Shown here piece by piece: positions 56,039-64,000 of a stretch of 64,000 nucleotides of DNA. Source of the stretch: Longimicrobiales bacterium (GTDB lineage: Bacteria; Gemmatimonadota; Gemmatimonadetes; Longimicrobiales; RSA9); NCBI GenBank assembly GCA_035715725.1, contig DASTKT010000096.1, positions 421 through 64,420 of the forward strand, read 5' to 3'. Made by a program: the position numbers and the translations under genes. The stretch's first letter is position 1. Each line of letters opens with the position of its first letter. Below the pieces are notes generated by a model, which saw only the letters and a program-made list of their open reading frames with translations, was not told the origin of the DNA and did not search any database.

Positions 56039-58267
56039 ATGTCTCTGCCGCTGGCCCCTCGGCTCGCGCTGGGATTGGCGCTGGTGGTGGCGGGGGGGTG
56101 CGCCTCCCGCGCGCCGCGGCCGCAGGCGCCGCAACCCGCCGCGGCGGTCGCCGCGCCGCCGGAGCTGCAGCCGCCGCCCGAGGTGGTCCGCCTGGCCCAG
56201 AAGCTGAAGCCCACCGGGCTGGAGCTCGGGACCATGTGGACGTTCGAGGACCCGCCGCTGGCCTACTGGCAGAAGCGGTACGGCTTCCAGGCGACGCCGC
56301 AGTGGCTCGAGCACGTGCGCCTCTCGTCCGTCCGCTTCGCCAACTACTGCTCGGCCTCGTTCGTCTCGCCCGCCGGGCTGGTCATGACGAACCACCACTG
56401 TGGGCGCGAGTGCATCGAGGCGCAGTCGACGCCCGGTCACGACTACGTCGAGAGCGGCTTCTACGCCGCGACTCGGGCGGAGGAGCGGGTCTGTCCGGGC
56501 GTCTACCTCGACCAGCTCGTCTCCATCCAGGACGTGACGCAGCGCGTGGCCGGCGCCGCGGCGGCCGGCGCGTCCGACGCCGCGCGGGCCGCCGCCGTCG
56601 ACTCGGCGTCGGCGCGGATCCAGCGCGAATGCGAGCAGCAGACGAAGCTCGTCTGCCAGGTCGTGCCGCTCTACCACGGCGGGCAGTACCACCTGTACCG
56701 CTACAAGCGATTCCAGCCGGTGAAGCTCGTCTTCGCGCCGGAGCTGCAGGCGGGGTTCTTCGGCGGCGACCCAGACAACTTCACGTACCCCCGCTACGCG
56801 CTCGACGTGACGTTCGTCCGGGCGTACGAGGCGGACGGGACGACGCCGGTGAACACGACCAACTACTTCCAGTGGGATGCGGGCGGTCCGACCGATGGCG
56901 AGCTGGTGTTCACCGTCGGTAACCCGGCGAGCACGAGCCGGCTGATCACGGTGGCGCAACTGATGTACGAGCGGGCCTACCGGCACCCATTCTACATCGC
57001 GTACCTCGAGGCGCAGCGGCGCTACCTGCAGGAGATGGCGCGGCGGAACCCACAGACGGCCCAGAAGGTCCGGCAGGACCTGTTCGAGGTGGAAAACAGC
57101 CTGAAGGCGTACCGCGGCGAGATGGCCGGGCTGCTGGACACGCTGCTGCTGGCGCGGAAGGTGGCGTGGCAGACGGACTTCGAGCGGCGGCTGAACGCGG
57201 ATACGCTGCTCCGGGCGCGCTTCGGGGACGTGTTCCGCCAGATGGCGGACCTCCAGGCGCAGAAGCTGAGGCTCAGCCCGGAGCTGAACCTGAGCAACCC
57301 GAACCTCTTCCCCGAGCCGCACGTACAGGTGGCGGCGACGCTCGTCCGGCTCGTCCACGAGCGCTCGCTCCCCGAGGCCCAGCGCTCGGCGGAGTTCCAG
57401 AACGGCAAGCTCCAGCAGCTCACGACGCAACTCGAGGGCGACCTGCCGCTGGACACCGCGCTCAGCCGGGGGCTGCTCGCGGCGCGCCTGCGCCTGATGC
57501 AGCAATTCCTCCCGCCGGACGACCCGCTGCTGCGCCAGGCGATCGCGGCGGGCGAGGCGCCGGACGCCGCGGCCCGGCGGCTGGTCGCGTCGACGCGCGT
57601 CGGCGATACCGCGTTCCGGCGTGCCCTGCTGCAGGCGGGCCAGCCGGCCGTGGACACCACCAGCGACCCGCTGATCCGGCTCGTGCGCGCGATGTTCGCG
57701 AACGCGCGCTCGCTCCAGCCGCGCTGGGACTCGCTCGCGGCGCGCCAGGAGGTGCTGAACGCGCGGCTAGCGCAGGCGCTCTTCGCCGCCTACGGCACGT
57801 CGGTGCCGCCGGACGCGACGTTCACGCCGCGCATCAGCGACGGCCTGGTCCGCGGCTACCCGTACAACGGCACGCTGGCTCCGCCGGTGACGACGATCTA
57901 CGGGCTGTACGCCCGCTCTGCGGAGTTCGGCAACCGGATGCCGTTCACGCTGCCGACGAGTTTCGCGCAGCAGCGCGCCGCGGTCGACCTGGGGAAGGCG
58001 CTGAACCTGGTCTCCACGAACGACATCAGCGGCGGGAACAGCGGCAGCCCGCTCGTCGACCACGACGGCCGCGTCGTCGGGCTGGTCTTCGACAGCAACA
58101 TCGAGGCGCTGCCGCACCAGTTCCTCTTCGGCTCGGAGAGCGGGCGCACCGTCGCCGTGCACACGGCGGGGATCGGCGAGGCGCTCCGGAGCGTGTACCA
58201 CGCCGACGCGTTGCTCCGCGAGCTGCTCGGCCAGCCGCCGGCGCCGGCGGCGGCGCCGCCCCGCTGA
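56039..58267 (+). CDS. S46 family serine peptidase (dipeptidyl-peptidase 7/11-like), lipoprotein
   Basis: Internal ATG of track ORF 54902..58267. Lipobox LVVAGGC. Contains SFVSPAGLVMTNHHC and SGGNSGSPLVDHDGRVVGLVFDSN. Confidence 0.85.
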   Translation: MSLPLAPRLALGLALVVAGGCASRAPRPQAPQPAAAVAAPPELQPPPEVVRLAQKLKPTGLELGTMWTFEDPPLAYWQKRYGFQATPQWLEHVRLSSVRFANYCSASFVSPAGLVMTNHHCGRECIEAQSTPGHDYVESGFYAATRAEERVCPGVYLDQLVSIQDVTQRVAGAAAAGASDAARAAAVDSASARIQRECEQQTKLVCQVVPLYHGGQYHLYRYKRFQPVKLVFAPELQAGFFGGDPDNFTYPRYALDVTFVRAYEADGTTPVNTTNYFQWDAGGPTDGELVFTVGNPASTSRLITVAQLMYERAYRHPFYIAYLEAQRRYLQEMARRNPQTAQKVRQDLFEVENSLKAYRGEMAGLLDTLLLARKVAWQTDFERRLNADTLLRARFGDVFRQMADLQAQKLRLSPELNLSNPNLFPEPHVQVAATLVRLVHERSLPEAQRSAEFQNGKLQQLTTQLEGDLPLDTALSRGLLAARLRLMQQFLPPDDPLLRQAIAAGEAPDAAARRLVASTRVGDTAFRRALLQAGQPAVDTTSDPLIRLVRAMFANARSLQPRWDSLAARQEVLNARLAQALFAAYGTSVPPDATFTPRISDGLVRGYPYNGTLAPPVTTIYGLYARSAEFGNRMPFTLPTSFAQQRAAVDLGKALNLVSTNDISGGNSGSPLVDHDGRVVGLVFDSNIEALPHQFLFGSESGRTVAVHTAGIGEALRSVYHADALLRELLGQPPAPAAAPPR

Positions 58268-58359
58268 CTTGACGGGACCGGGAGCGCACCGGAGGTTACG
58301 CGACTCGCCCCGTTCTGCGGGGCGCCGGGCACCACCTGGACGATCGCGCAGGGGGGAGC

Positions 58360-59730
58360 GTGGACACCGATCGGATCGACGTGTACATCGACGAGCACCT
58401 CCCCCGCTTCCGGGAGGAGCTCTTCGACTTCCTGCGCATTCCGAGCGTGAGCGCGCGCAGCGAGAGCAAGGCGGACGTGCGCCGCGCCGCCGGCTGGCTG
58501 GCGGAGCGGATGCGCGAGGCGGGCCTCGAAGTCTCGATCGAGGAGACCGCCGGTCACCCCGTCGTGCTCGGGGAGTGGCGGGGCGCCGGCGCGGATGCGC
58601 CGACCGTGCTGATCTACGGGCACTACGACGTGCAGCCGGCCGAGCCGCTGGAGCTGTGGACGTCGCCACCGTTCGAGCCGACGATCCGCGACGGCCGGAT
58701 CTACGCCCGCGGCTCCGTCGACGACAAGGGGCAGCTCTACCTGCACGTGAAGGCCATCGAGGCGCACATGCGGACGGCCGGGCGGCTCCCGGTGAATGTC
58801 GTGGTCGTCGCGGAGGGGGAGGAGGAGGTCGGGAGCGAGAACCTGGTGCCCTTCCTCGAGGCGAACGCGGGGAGGCTCCGCGGCGACGCGATCATCGTCT
58901 CCGACACGACGATGGTGGGGCCCGGCATCCCCACCATCGGTGCCTCGCTCCGCGGGATCGCCTACTTCCAGATCGACGTACAGGGTCCCGCGCAGGACCT
59001 GCACTCCGGCGCGTACGGCGGCGCGGTGATGAATCCGGCGACGGCGCTCGCGCGGATCATCGCCAGCTTCCACGACGCGGACGGGCGGGTGCAGATCGCC
59101 GGCTTCTACGACGCGGTGCGGCCGCCGGAGGAGATGCGCGAGCAGATTGCGCGGGTACCGTTCAGCGAGGCGGCGTTCCGCGAGGAGACCGGGAGCCCGG
59201 CGCTGTTCGGCGAGAAGGGTTTCGGCACCCTGGAGCGGATCTGGGTGCGGCCGACCTGCGAGGTCAACGGGCTGCTCTCCGGCTACACGGGCGAAGGCTC
59301 GAAGACGGTCCTCCCGTCGAAGTCGATGGCGAAGGTGAGCTGCCGGCTCGTCCCCGACCAGGACCCGGATCGCATCGCGGCGCTGTTCATCGAGCACGTC
59401 CATCGCGTCGCGCCGGAGGGCGTCACCGTGGAGGTCCGCGAGCTGCACGGCGGCAAGCCCTGGCGCGCGCGGCTCGAGGGCTCGTTGCACGAAGCGGGCG
59501 CCCGCGCGCTCGAGCACGCGTTCGGCAAGCCGCCGGTGCTGGCGGGGGAGGGTGGGTCGATCCCCATCGTCTCGGATTTCGAGCGCGTGCTGGGCGCGCC
59601 GGTCCTGCTCATGGGCTTCGGGCTCCCCGGCGAGAACGCCCATGCGCCGGACGAGTGGATGAGCGTCGAGAACTTCGAGAAGGGCACGCACGCGGCCGCG
59701 GCGCTGCTCTCGGAGCTGGCAGGGCGCTGA
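58360..59730 (+). CDS. M20 family metallopeptidase (dipeptidase, ArgE/DapE/CPG2-like)
   Basis: 456 aa with a GTG start. Contains FLRIPSVS, LIYGHYDVQP, RGSVDDKGQ, EGEEEVGS and the C-terminal HAPDEW. Confidence 0.85.
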   Translation: MDTDRIDVYIDEHLPRFREELFDFLRIPSVSARSESKADVRRAAGWLAERMREAGLEVSIEETAGHPVVLGEWRGAGADAPTVLIYGHYDVQPAEPLELWTSPPFEPTIRDGRIYARGSVDDKGQLYLHVKAIEAHMRTAGRLPVNVVVVAEGEEEVGSENLVPFLEANAGRLRGDAIIVSDTTMVGPGIPTIGASLRGIAYFQIDVQGPAQDLHSGAYGGAVMNPATALARIIASFHDADGRVQIAGFYDAVRPPEEMREQIARVPFSEAAFREETGSPALFGEKGFGTLERIWVRPTCEVNGLLSGYTGEGSKTVLPSKSMAKVSCRLVPDQDPDRIAALFIEHVHRVAPEGVTVEVRELHGGKPWRARLEGSLHEAGARALEHAFGKPPVLAGEGGSIPIVSDFERVLGAPVLLMGFGLPGENAHAPDEWMSVENFEKGTHAAAALLSELAGR

Positions 59731-59754
59731 GCGTCGTGACCGGGTCGGAACGCA

Positions 59755-59790
59755 GAGGCGCCCGGCTACCGCGCGGTGGCCGGGCGCCTC
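59755..59790. terminator. 12-bp GC-rich hairpin between convergent genes
   Basis: gaggcgcccggc taccgcgcggtg gccgggcgcctc read directly. The loop can extend the stem (acc/ggt). No U-tract. Confidence 0.45.
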
Positions 59791-59807
59791 GTTCGACGCG
59801 TACCGCG

Positions 59808-60530
59808 TCAGCGGGCGAGCACGTGCAGCGGCTTCGTGCGCGCCGCCTGCATCTCCCGGTCGATCTGCTGGCGCAGCCGCGCGATCCGGTCCGGGTAGAC
59901 GTGGCAGTTCGGGGTGTTCGTGCCGCGGACGCAGCCGTTGTAGCCCAGGAGCGCCCGGCGCTCGTCGCCGCGCGCCGTACGCATGTACCAGGCGAGCAGG
60001 CTCGTGCCGGTGCAGAGGTTGTCGTCGATGTCGTAGAGGTTGCGGCCGCACCCCTCCCACCGGCCGGCCCAGGCCGGCATGATCTGCATCAGGCCGCGGG
60101 CGCCCACGGAGCTCGTCGCGCGCGGGTTGCCCTCGCTCTCCAGCAGCAGCACGGAAGCGACGGTGGCCGGATCCAGGTTCTTGCGCGCCGCGTGCTCCAC
60201 GAGCGGCCACGCCATCCGGCGCGCGACGTCATCCGGCACGCCACGGCGCCGGAGCACCTGCTCGACCGGCGCCACGTGGTTGCGGTAGAGGGAGACGTAG
60301 GCCACCGTCTTCTGGCCATCCCGACGGATGGCACCCATGGTGCGGGTCAGCGCCTCGATCTGGATCCGCGGGACATGCTGGATGGGCCGCCGGCCGTGAG
60401 CGGACATGTCGGCGGGGAGCGTGAGCGCGCCGGTCGTCGCCTTCCCCAGGCCGAAGCCGAGGAAGAGCAGGACCGGAGCGGCGAGCGGGACGATGCGGGC
60501 GCGGCGCAGGAGATACTCAAGCTCCGCCAT
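59808..60530 (-). CDS. Lytic transglycosylase (SLT domain), membrane anchored; paralog of 18754..19446
   Basis: Track ORF 59808..60641. I prefer the ATG at 60530 (MAELEYLL...TM). Contains GARGLMQIMPAW and YNGCVRGTNTPNC. Confidence 0.75.
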   Translation of the reverse strand: MAELEYLLRRARIVPLAAPVLLFLGFGLGKATTGALTLPADMSAHGRRPIQHVPRIQIEALTRTMGAIRRDGQKTVAYVSLYRNHVAPVEQVLRRRGVPDDVARRMAWPLVEHAARKNLDPATVASVLLLESEGNPRATSSVGARGLMQIMPAWAGRWEGCGRNLYDIDDNLCTGTSLLAWYMRTARGDERRALLGYNGCVRGTNTPNCHVYPDRIARLRQQIDREMQAARTKPLHVLAR

Positions 60531-60722
60531 CGTTCCCTTGCGGGGCGCCGCGCCTTCGCGGTGCGGTTTCGATCGTTTCATTTTGTTGATCGGTCGAACC
60601 GGGGAGGAGCGAATTTGCAGCCACCGACGCCCGTTGCGCAAGCCGCCGCGAGCGGATGCGCGTTTGCGTCGACGTAAATGGTAGACGATCGGGGCGCGCC
60701 CCGGTCACGCGGGAGGGCGAAA

Positions 60723-60938
60723 ATGGCGGAGGCGCGCTACCTGGTGCGGGGGATCGGGGATGCGGAATCGGCCTTCAAGGTCGAAGCCATGCTGCACAGC
60801 AAGGTCGGGGTGCAGGAGGTGCGGGCGGACCCCGAGACGGGGGAGCTCTGGATCCGCTTCGACGAGCGGCTCGTGCCGCCGCCGCGCCTGAAGAGCTACC
60901 TGGAGAGCGCCGGCGTGAGGACGGTGCGCCCGCTCTGA
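60723..60938 (+). CDS. Small ferredoxin-fold protein resembling a heavy-metal-associated (HMA) domain but lacking the CxxC motif
   Basis: Internal ATG of track ORF 60678..60938 with GGGAGGG 5 nt upstream. 71 aa: MAEARYLVRGIGDAESAFKVEAMLHSKVGVQEVRADPETGELWIRF. No cysteine is present. Confidence 0.4.
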   Translation: MAEARYLVRGIGDAESAFKVEAMLHSKVGVQEVRADPETGELWIRFDERLVPPPRLKSYLESAGVRTVRPL

Positions 60939-60987
60939 GCGCGCCGGCTCCGCCGGCCGGCGGTCCGCACCCGACCGAAGCGCCGCT

Positions 60988-61893
60988 TCAGGCGGCCTTG
61001 AGCTGGTCGATCAACGTATCGATGTCTTCCGTGGTGAAGCGGTACTCGGCCGTGCAGAACTGGCAGACGGCCTCGGTGTGGCCACGCGCCGCGCCCTCTG
61101 CGCGCATCTCCTCGAGCGCAGACTGTCCCAACAGCATCAGCGCGCGCTCCGCCCGCTCCCGCGAGCACGGGCAGTGGAACTGGACCGGCACGCGGTCCAG
61201 CAGGTCGTAGCCGTCCGGGAAGATCCGGCCCAGGATGTCCTCCGGCGAATCCCCGCTCCGCAGCATGGTGGTGGGGTGCGGCAGCGAGCGGATCTTCGCC
61301 TCGATCTCGTCCACGGCGTCCTCCGCCAGCCCCGGAAGCAACTGGACGATGTAGCCGCCGGCGGCCTCCACGCTGCCGTCGACGCGGACGAAGACACCGA
61401 TGCCGACGGCCGACGGCACCTGCTCGCTGTGCGCCAGGTAGTACGCCAGGTCCTCGCCGATCTCTCCGGATACGATCTCGACCGTGCTGGCGTACGGATG
61501 CCGCATCCCCACATCCCGCGTGACCGTGAGCCGGCCGGTGGTGCCCACCGCGCCGCGCACGAACAGCTTGCCGTTACGCACCTGCTCGATCTCGGGCCGC
61601 GGGTTCGACACCAGCCCGCGCACCTCGCCCCGCCCGTTCGCGGTGGCGAGCAGCGTGCCGGCCGGGCCGTCCCCCTGGATCCGCACCGTGACCAGGTGCT
61701 CGTCCTCCTTGAGCATCGCGCCGAAGATGAGCGCGCCCATGGCCAGGCGTCCGAGCGCCGCGGTGGTTACGGGATAGGTGCCGTGCCGCTCGTGCAGCGC
61801 CTCGACCACTCCCGTAGCCTCGATGGCGAACGCGCGGACGAGGCCGTCGTGCGCCGTCGCCCGGGCGATGTAGTCGTGCTTCCGCTCCTGCAT
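60988..61893 (-). CDS. hslO: Redox-regulated chaperone Hsp33
   Basis: 301 aa. The C-terminal zinc centre CPCSRERAERAL...CQFCTAEY is characteristic of Hsp33. Confidence 0.9.
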   Translation of the reverse strand: MQERKHDYIARATAHDGLVRAFAIEATGVVEALHERHGTYPVTTAALGRLAMGALIFGAMLKEDEHLVTVRIQGDGPAGTLLATANGRGEVRGLVSNPRPEIEQVRNGKLFVRGAVGTTGRLTVTRDVGMRHPYASTVEIVSGEIGEDLAYYLAHSEQVPSAVGIGVFVRVDGSVEAAGGYIVQLLPGLAEDAVDEIEAKIRSLPHPTTMLRSGDSPEDILGRIFPDGYDLLDRVPVQFHCPCSRERAERALMLLGQSALEEMRAEGAARGHTEAVCQFCTAEYRFTTEDIDTLIDQLKAA

Positions 61894-62025
61894 GCAATCT
61901 CCGTCTTCTTCGATGGGTGACGACCTGGGGTACCCCGCCGGCGACGTGGAGAGCCGTGGGAGAGCGAAATGCGACGAGGGGGCGGCCCGCTCTCCGGCCG
62001 CCCCCTCGTCGCATTCGCGCCGGCT

Positions 62026-62403
62026 TCACCAGCCGGGCTCGGGGAGGTCCTCCTCGCGCACCAGCACGAGGATCGCCGCCTGCGGGACGACCAGGTACTT
62101 CTCCCCCTCGAACGTGATCTCGACCGCCGCGCGGCGGAAGAAGATCGCGTAGTCGCCCGGACGTGCCTGCACGGGCAGGTACTTCGCCTCGGTGCCGCCG
62201 ATGCGCCAGGGCTCGTCGTCGAGCTCGGTCGGCGCGGAGATCGGGGTGCCGGGGCCGCGCGCCACGACCTTCCCGGCCTGCACGGCCTGGCTGTCGAGGG
62301 CCGTCGGCGGCAGGTACAGCCCGACCCGTGTACGGTCCTCGCCCGCCTCGGGCTGGATGAGGACGCGGTCACCGACGACGATGAGCTTCTTTTTCGGTTC
62401 CAT
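62026..62403 (-). CDS. GroES/Cpn10-family co-chaperonin-like protein (with insertion; no adjacent groEL)
   Basis: 125 aa. Contains KKLIVVGDRVLIQPEAGEDRTRVGLYLP...AGKVVARGPG...GDYAIF. Confidence 0.65.
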   Translation of the reverse strand: MEPKKKLIVVGDRVLIQPEAGEDRTRVGLYLPPTALDSQAVQAGKVVARGPGTPISAPTELDDEPWRIGGTEAKYLPVQARPGDYAIFFRRAAVEITFEGEKYLVVPQAAILVLVREEDLPEPGW

Positions 62404-62542
62404 GTCCGAACAATGTCAGGAGTTGTCGCCGCGATCAAGCGGCGCGGCCCGCCCGATCGCCCATGGCTCCGCCCCGGATCCGGTGCCACCGTCGCGCGAG
62501 CCCGGCCCGATGTGGGCCGGCGGGACTCGGCCGGAGGGAGGC

Positions 62543-62761
62543 ATGACGACGAGCGGCGGGCATGGCGGCAGGCCCGGGAGGTCGCCGACGACGCGGCGCC
62601 CCTTCACCTTCCTGCTGGACGAGCGGCTCGTGGAGCGCGCTCGCAGCGAGGTCGGCGAAGGGGACGTGGTGCGGAGCATCGAGGCGGCGCTGGCGGCCGC
62701 CATCGACTACCAGCTCTGGGTCCGGGAGGTCCGTTCCGGCGAGCGGGGTGTGCTCTCCTAG
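62543..62761 (+). CDS. Possible VapB/DUF2191-like antitoxin-fold protein (orphan)
   Basis: Internal ATG of track ORF 62192..62761 with GGAGGGAGG upstream. FTFLLDERLVERARSEVGEGDVVRSIEAALAAAI resembles the TLDLDDELLxEA...AV..AL pattern. No toxin gene follows. Confidence 0.3.
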   Translation: MTTSGGHGGRPGRSPTTRRPFTFLLDERLVERARSEVGEGDVVRSIEAALAAAIDYQLWVREVRSGERGVLS

Positions 62762-63732
62762 GGGACGAGGGGACGCGACCAGCGGACGCCGAAGCGGTGC
62801 ACCGCGCCGAAGAAGTCGAGGTTGCGGTACGTGTAGTCGAGGGCGAGCGCGCCGAGGGAGATGCCGCCGCCGATCTCGAGCGGACCGAGGCCGCCGTCAC
62901 TCTGGTCGGTGCTGTAGCCGACGCGTCCGACCGCGCCGAAGCGGGATGCGCCGCCGGGGAGCAGGCCGGCCTCGACGCCGGCCGCGAGCCCGCCGGTCTT
63001 TTCCTTCAGCCGCTGGACGTAGTCCGCGGCGACGAGCAGGCCGAGACCCCGCTGGCCGCCGGCCTGGAACGTCGCGCCGACGCGGGCCTCGGTCGGCAGC
63101 CGGCCGGCGTCCCCGGAGAGCGAGCCGCCCAGGTTGCGCAGCGCGGCGCCGACCGTGAGCGCGGAGGACACGGACGCCTGCGCACCGAGGTCGAAGATCG
63201 GCGCGCTGCTCGTCTCCCCCGCGATCGAGCTGGAGACGAAGCCGGCGCCGGCGCCGAGGCGGAGTCGGCCGTCGCGGAGCGGGAGCGAAGCGGACAGCCG
63301 GCCGGCGGCCTCGCTCTCGGACACGGTGCTGCCGGTCTCGGTGCCGCGCTGGCCGCCGAAGATCGGGTCCGCAACCACCTCGCGCACGGAGCCGCCGTTC
63401 AGGTAGGCCAGCCCCGCGCCGATGGAGAGCGAGCCCACGCGGAAGGCGCCGGCCAGCGACCCGAGCGAGATGTCCTCGACGAAGCGCTCGTAGGAGAACG
63501 ACGCCCCTGTCCGGAGCGAGGCGAGCCCGGCCGGGTTGTAGAAGACGACGTCGGCGTCGCCGGTCGCAGAGGTGTAGGCCCCGCTGAGCGCGGCGGCGCG
63601 GGCTCCCGGCGTGAGCTGCAGGACGGTCGCCCCGGTGGAGCCGGCGCCCTCCTGCGCGCGGACCGGAGGGGCCAGCAGCACGGCCGCGAGCGCGCCGGCC
63701 AGCGCGGCGGCGGGACGGAAGTGTCGGTGCAT
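62758..63732 (-). CDS. Outer-membrane beta-barrel protein, PorV/PorQ-like (T9SS-associated)
   Basis: 324 aa. Signal peptide ends PPVRAQE. Alternating Gly/Ser/aromatic strands. Terminal YRNLDFFGAVHRFGVRW. The family call is from memory of PorV-like proteins. Confidence 0.5.
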   Translation of the reverse strand: MHRHFRPAAALAGALAAVLLAPPVRAQEGAGSTGATVLQLTPGARAAALSGAYTSATGDADVVFYNPAGLASLRTGASFSYERFVEDISLGSLAGAFRVGSLSIGAGLAYLNGGSVREVVADPIFGGQRGTETGSTVSESEAAGRLSASLPLRDGRLRLGAGAGFVSSSIAGETSSAPIFDLGAQASVSSALTVGAALRNLGGSLSGDAGRLPTEARVGATFQAGGQRGLGLLVAADYVQRLKEKTGGLAAGVEAGLLPGGASRFGAVGRVGYSTDQSDGGLGPLEIGGGISLGALALDYTYRNLDFFGAVHRFGVRWSRPLVP

Positions 63733-63738
63733 CGTCGT

Positions 63739-64000
63739 CTACTCCTGGGACGTCGCGGCCGTGGCCGCGCCGGGGGCGATGATGAGCTTCCTGCGGATGA
63801 TCTGGCCGTCCACGTCGAACACCACGAGGTACATGCCGGCGGCGACGCGGCCGCCGTCCTCGTTGCGGAGGTCCCAGTCGACGCGGCCTTCCGACGAGAT
63901 CTTCGTCGTCAGGTCGATGATGCGCCGGCCGGTGAGCGAGTAGATCCCCGCCGTCCGCGGCCGCGTCGTGAAGTTGAAGACGACGTGGCCGGAACGCACC
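63739..64000 (-). CDS. C-terminal end of a larger secreted protein: FlgD-Ig-like / T9SS-type C-terminal sorting domain (partial)
   Basis: The ORF is open to the window edge. FNFTTRPRTAGIYSLTGRRIIDLT...WDLRNEDGGRVAAGMYLVVFDVDGQIIRRKLII resembles T9SS CTD / FlgD Ig-like tails. Confidence 0.5.
   Translation of the reverse strand, partial: VRSGHVVFNFTTRPRTAGIYSLTGRRIIDLTTKISSEGRVDWDLRNEDGGRVAAGMYLVVFDVDGQIIRRKLIIAPGAATAATSQE

Noticed and set aside
53476-60677. Long alternative-frame ORFs: 53476..54690 (-), 54264..55799 (-), 55652..57505 (-), 57898..60210 (-), 58269..60677 (+), and the N-terminal extensions of 53661..55895 and 54902..58267
   Set aside because: Each overlaps a gene with a strong family signature (GMC, PLP enzyme, S46, M20, SLT). 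The extensions upstream of the chosen starts are Arg/Gly/Pro-rich read-through of neighbouring genes in another frame.

Overview
Very GC-rich bacterial chromosomal segment (about 70% GC by eye, not computed; third codon positions are almost all G/C). It is densely packed with about 60 genes, many joined by 1-4 nt start/stop overlaps. The high GC creates many long spurious antisense or out-of-frame ORFs in the track. I separated real genes from these using recognisable protein families, GC3 bias, Shine-Dalgarno motifs and start/stop coupling. Gene content suggests a Gemmatimonadota-like or related FCB-group organism, but this is an unverified inference. The supporting genes are a PrkA-YeaH-SpoVR module, alternative complex III actABCDEF, TonB-ExbB-ExbD-ExbD-TonB, S46 and M20 peptidases, and a PorV-like barrel next to a T9SS-type C-terminal domain. 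The stand-out locus is a nine-gene, translationally coupled gas-vesicle (gvp) operon at 23.66-29.43 kb. Its order is gvpF/L, gvpG, a tandem ArsA/Get3-like ATPase, gvpF/L, a small gvpA-family gene, gvpF/L, gvpK, gvpJ, gvpA. No gvpN, gvpO or gvpC is visible in the window. The operon is preceded by a good sigma-54-type promoter match. It is followed, 1 nt after the gvpA stop, by a GAF/PAS histidine kinase and an unassignable polytopic membrane protein. It is transcribed divergently from a lipoprotein / sensor kinase / thioredoxin-reductase-like operon. Other contents: a six-gene coupled operon (sensor kinase, EEP nuclease/phosphatase, lipoprotein, NtrC-type regulator, outer-membrane barrel, DUF4390); a YyaL-LuxE-LuxC cluster; tRNA-Asn; Kup; an APC permease; IlvE; TrmJ-like methyltransferase; Hsp33; and a GroES-like protein. 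Noncoding oddities include a 9-nt-periodic inverted tandem repeat between yeaH and spoVR. A 16-nt-periodic GGAGGC array plus a G-quadruplex motif lies upstream of yeaH. The 740-bp tonB/actA intergenic region is highly structured. No CRISPR array, IS element, integrase or rRNA was seen.
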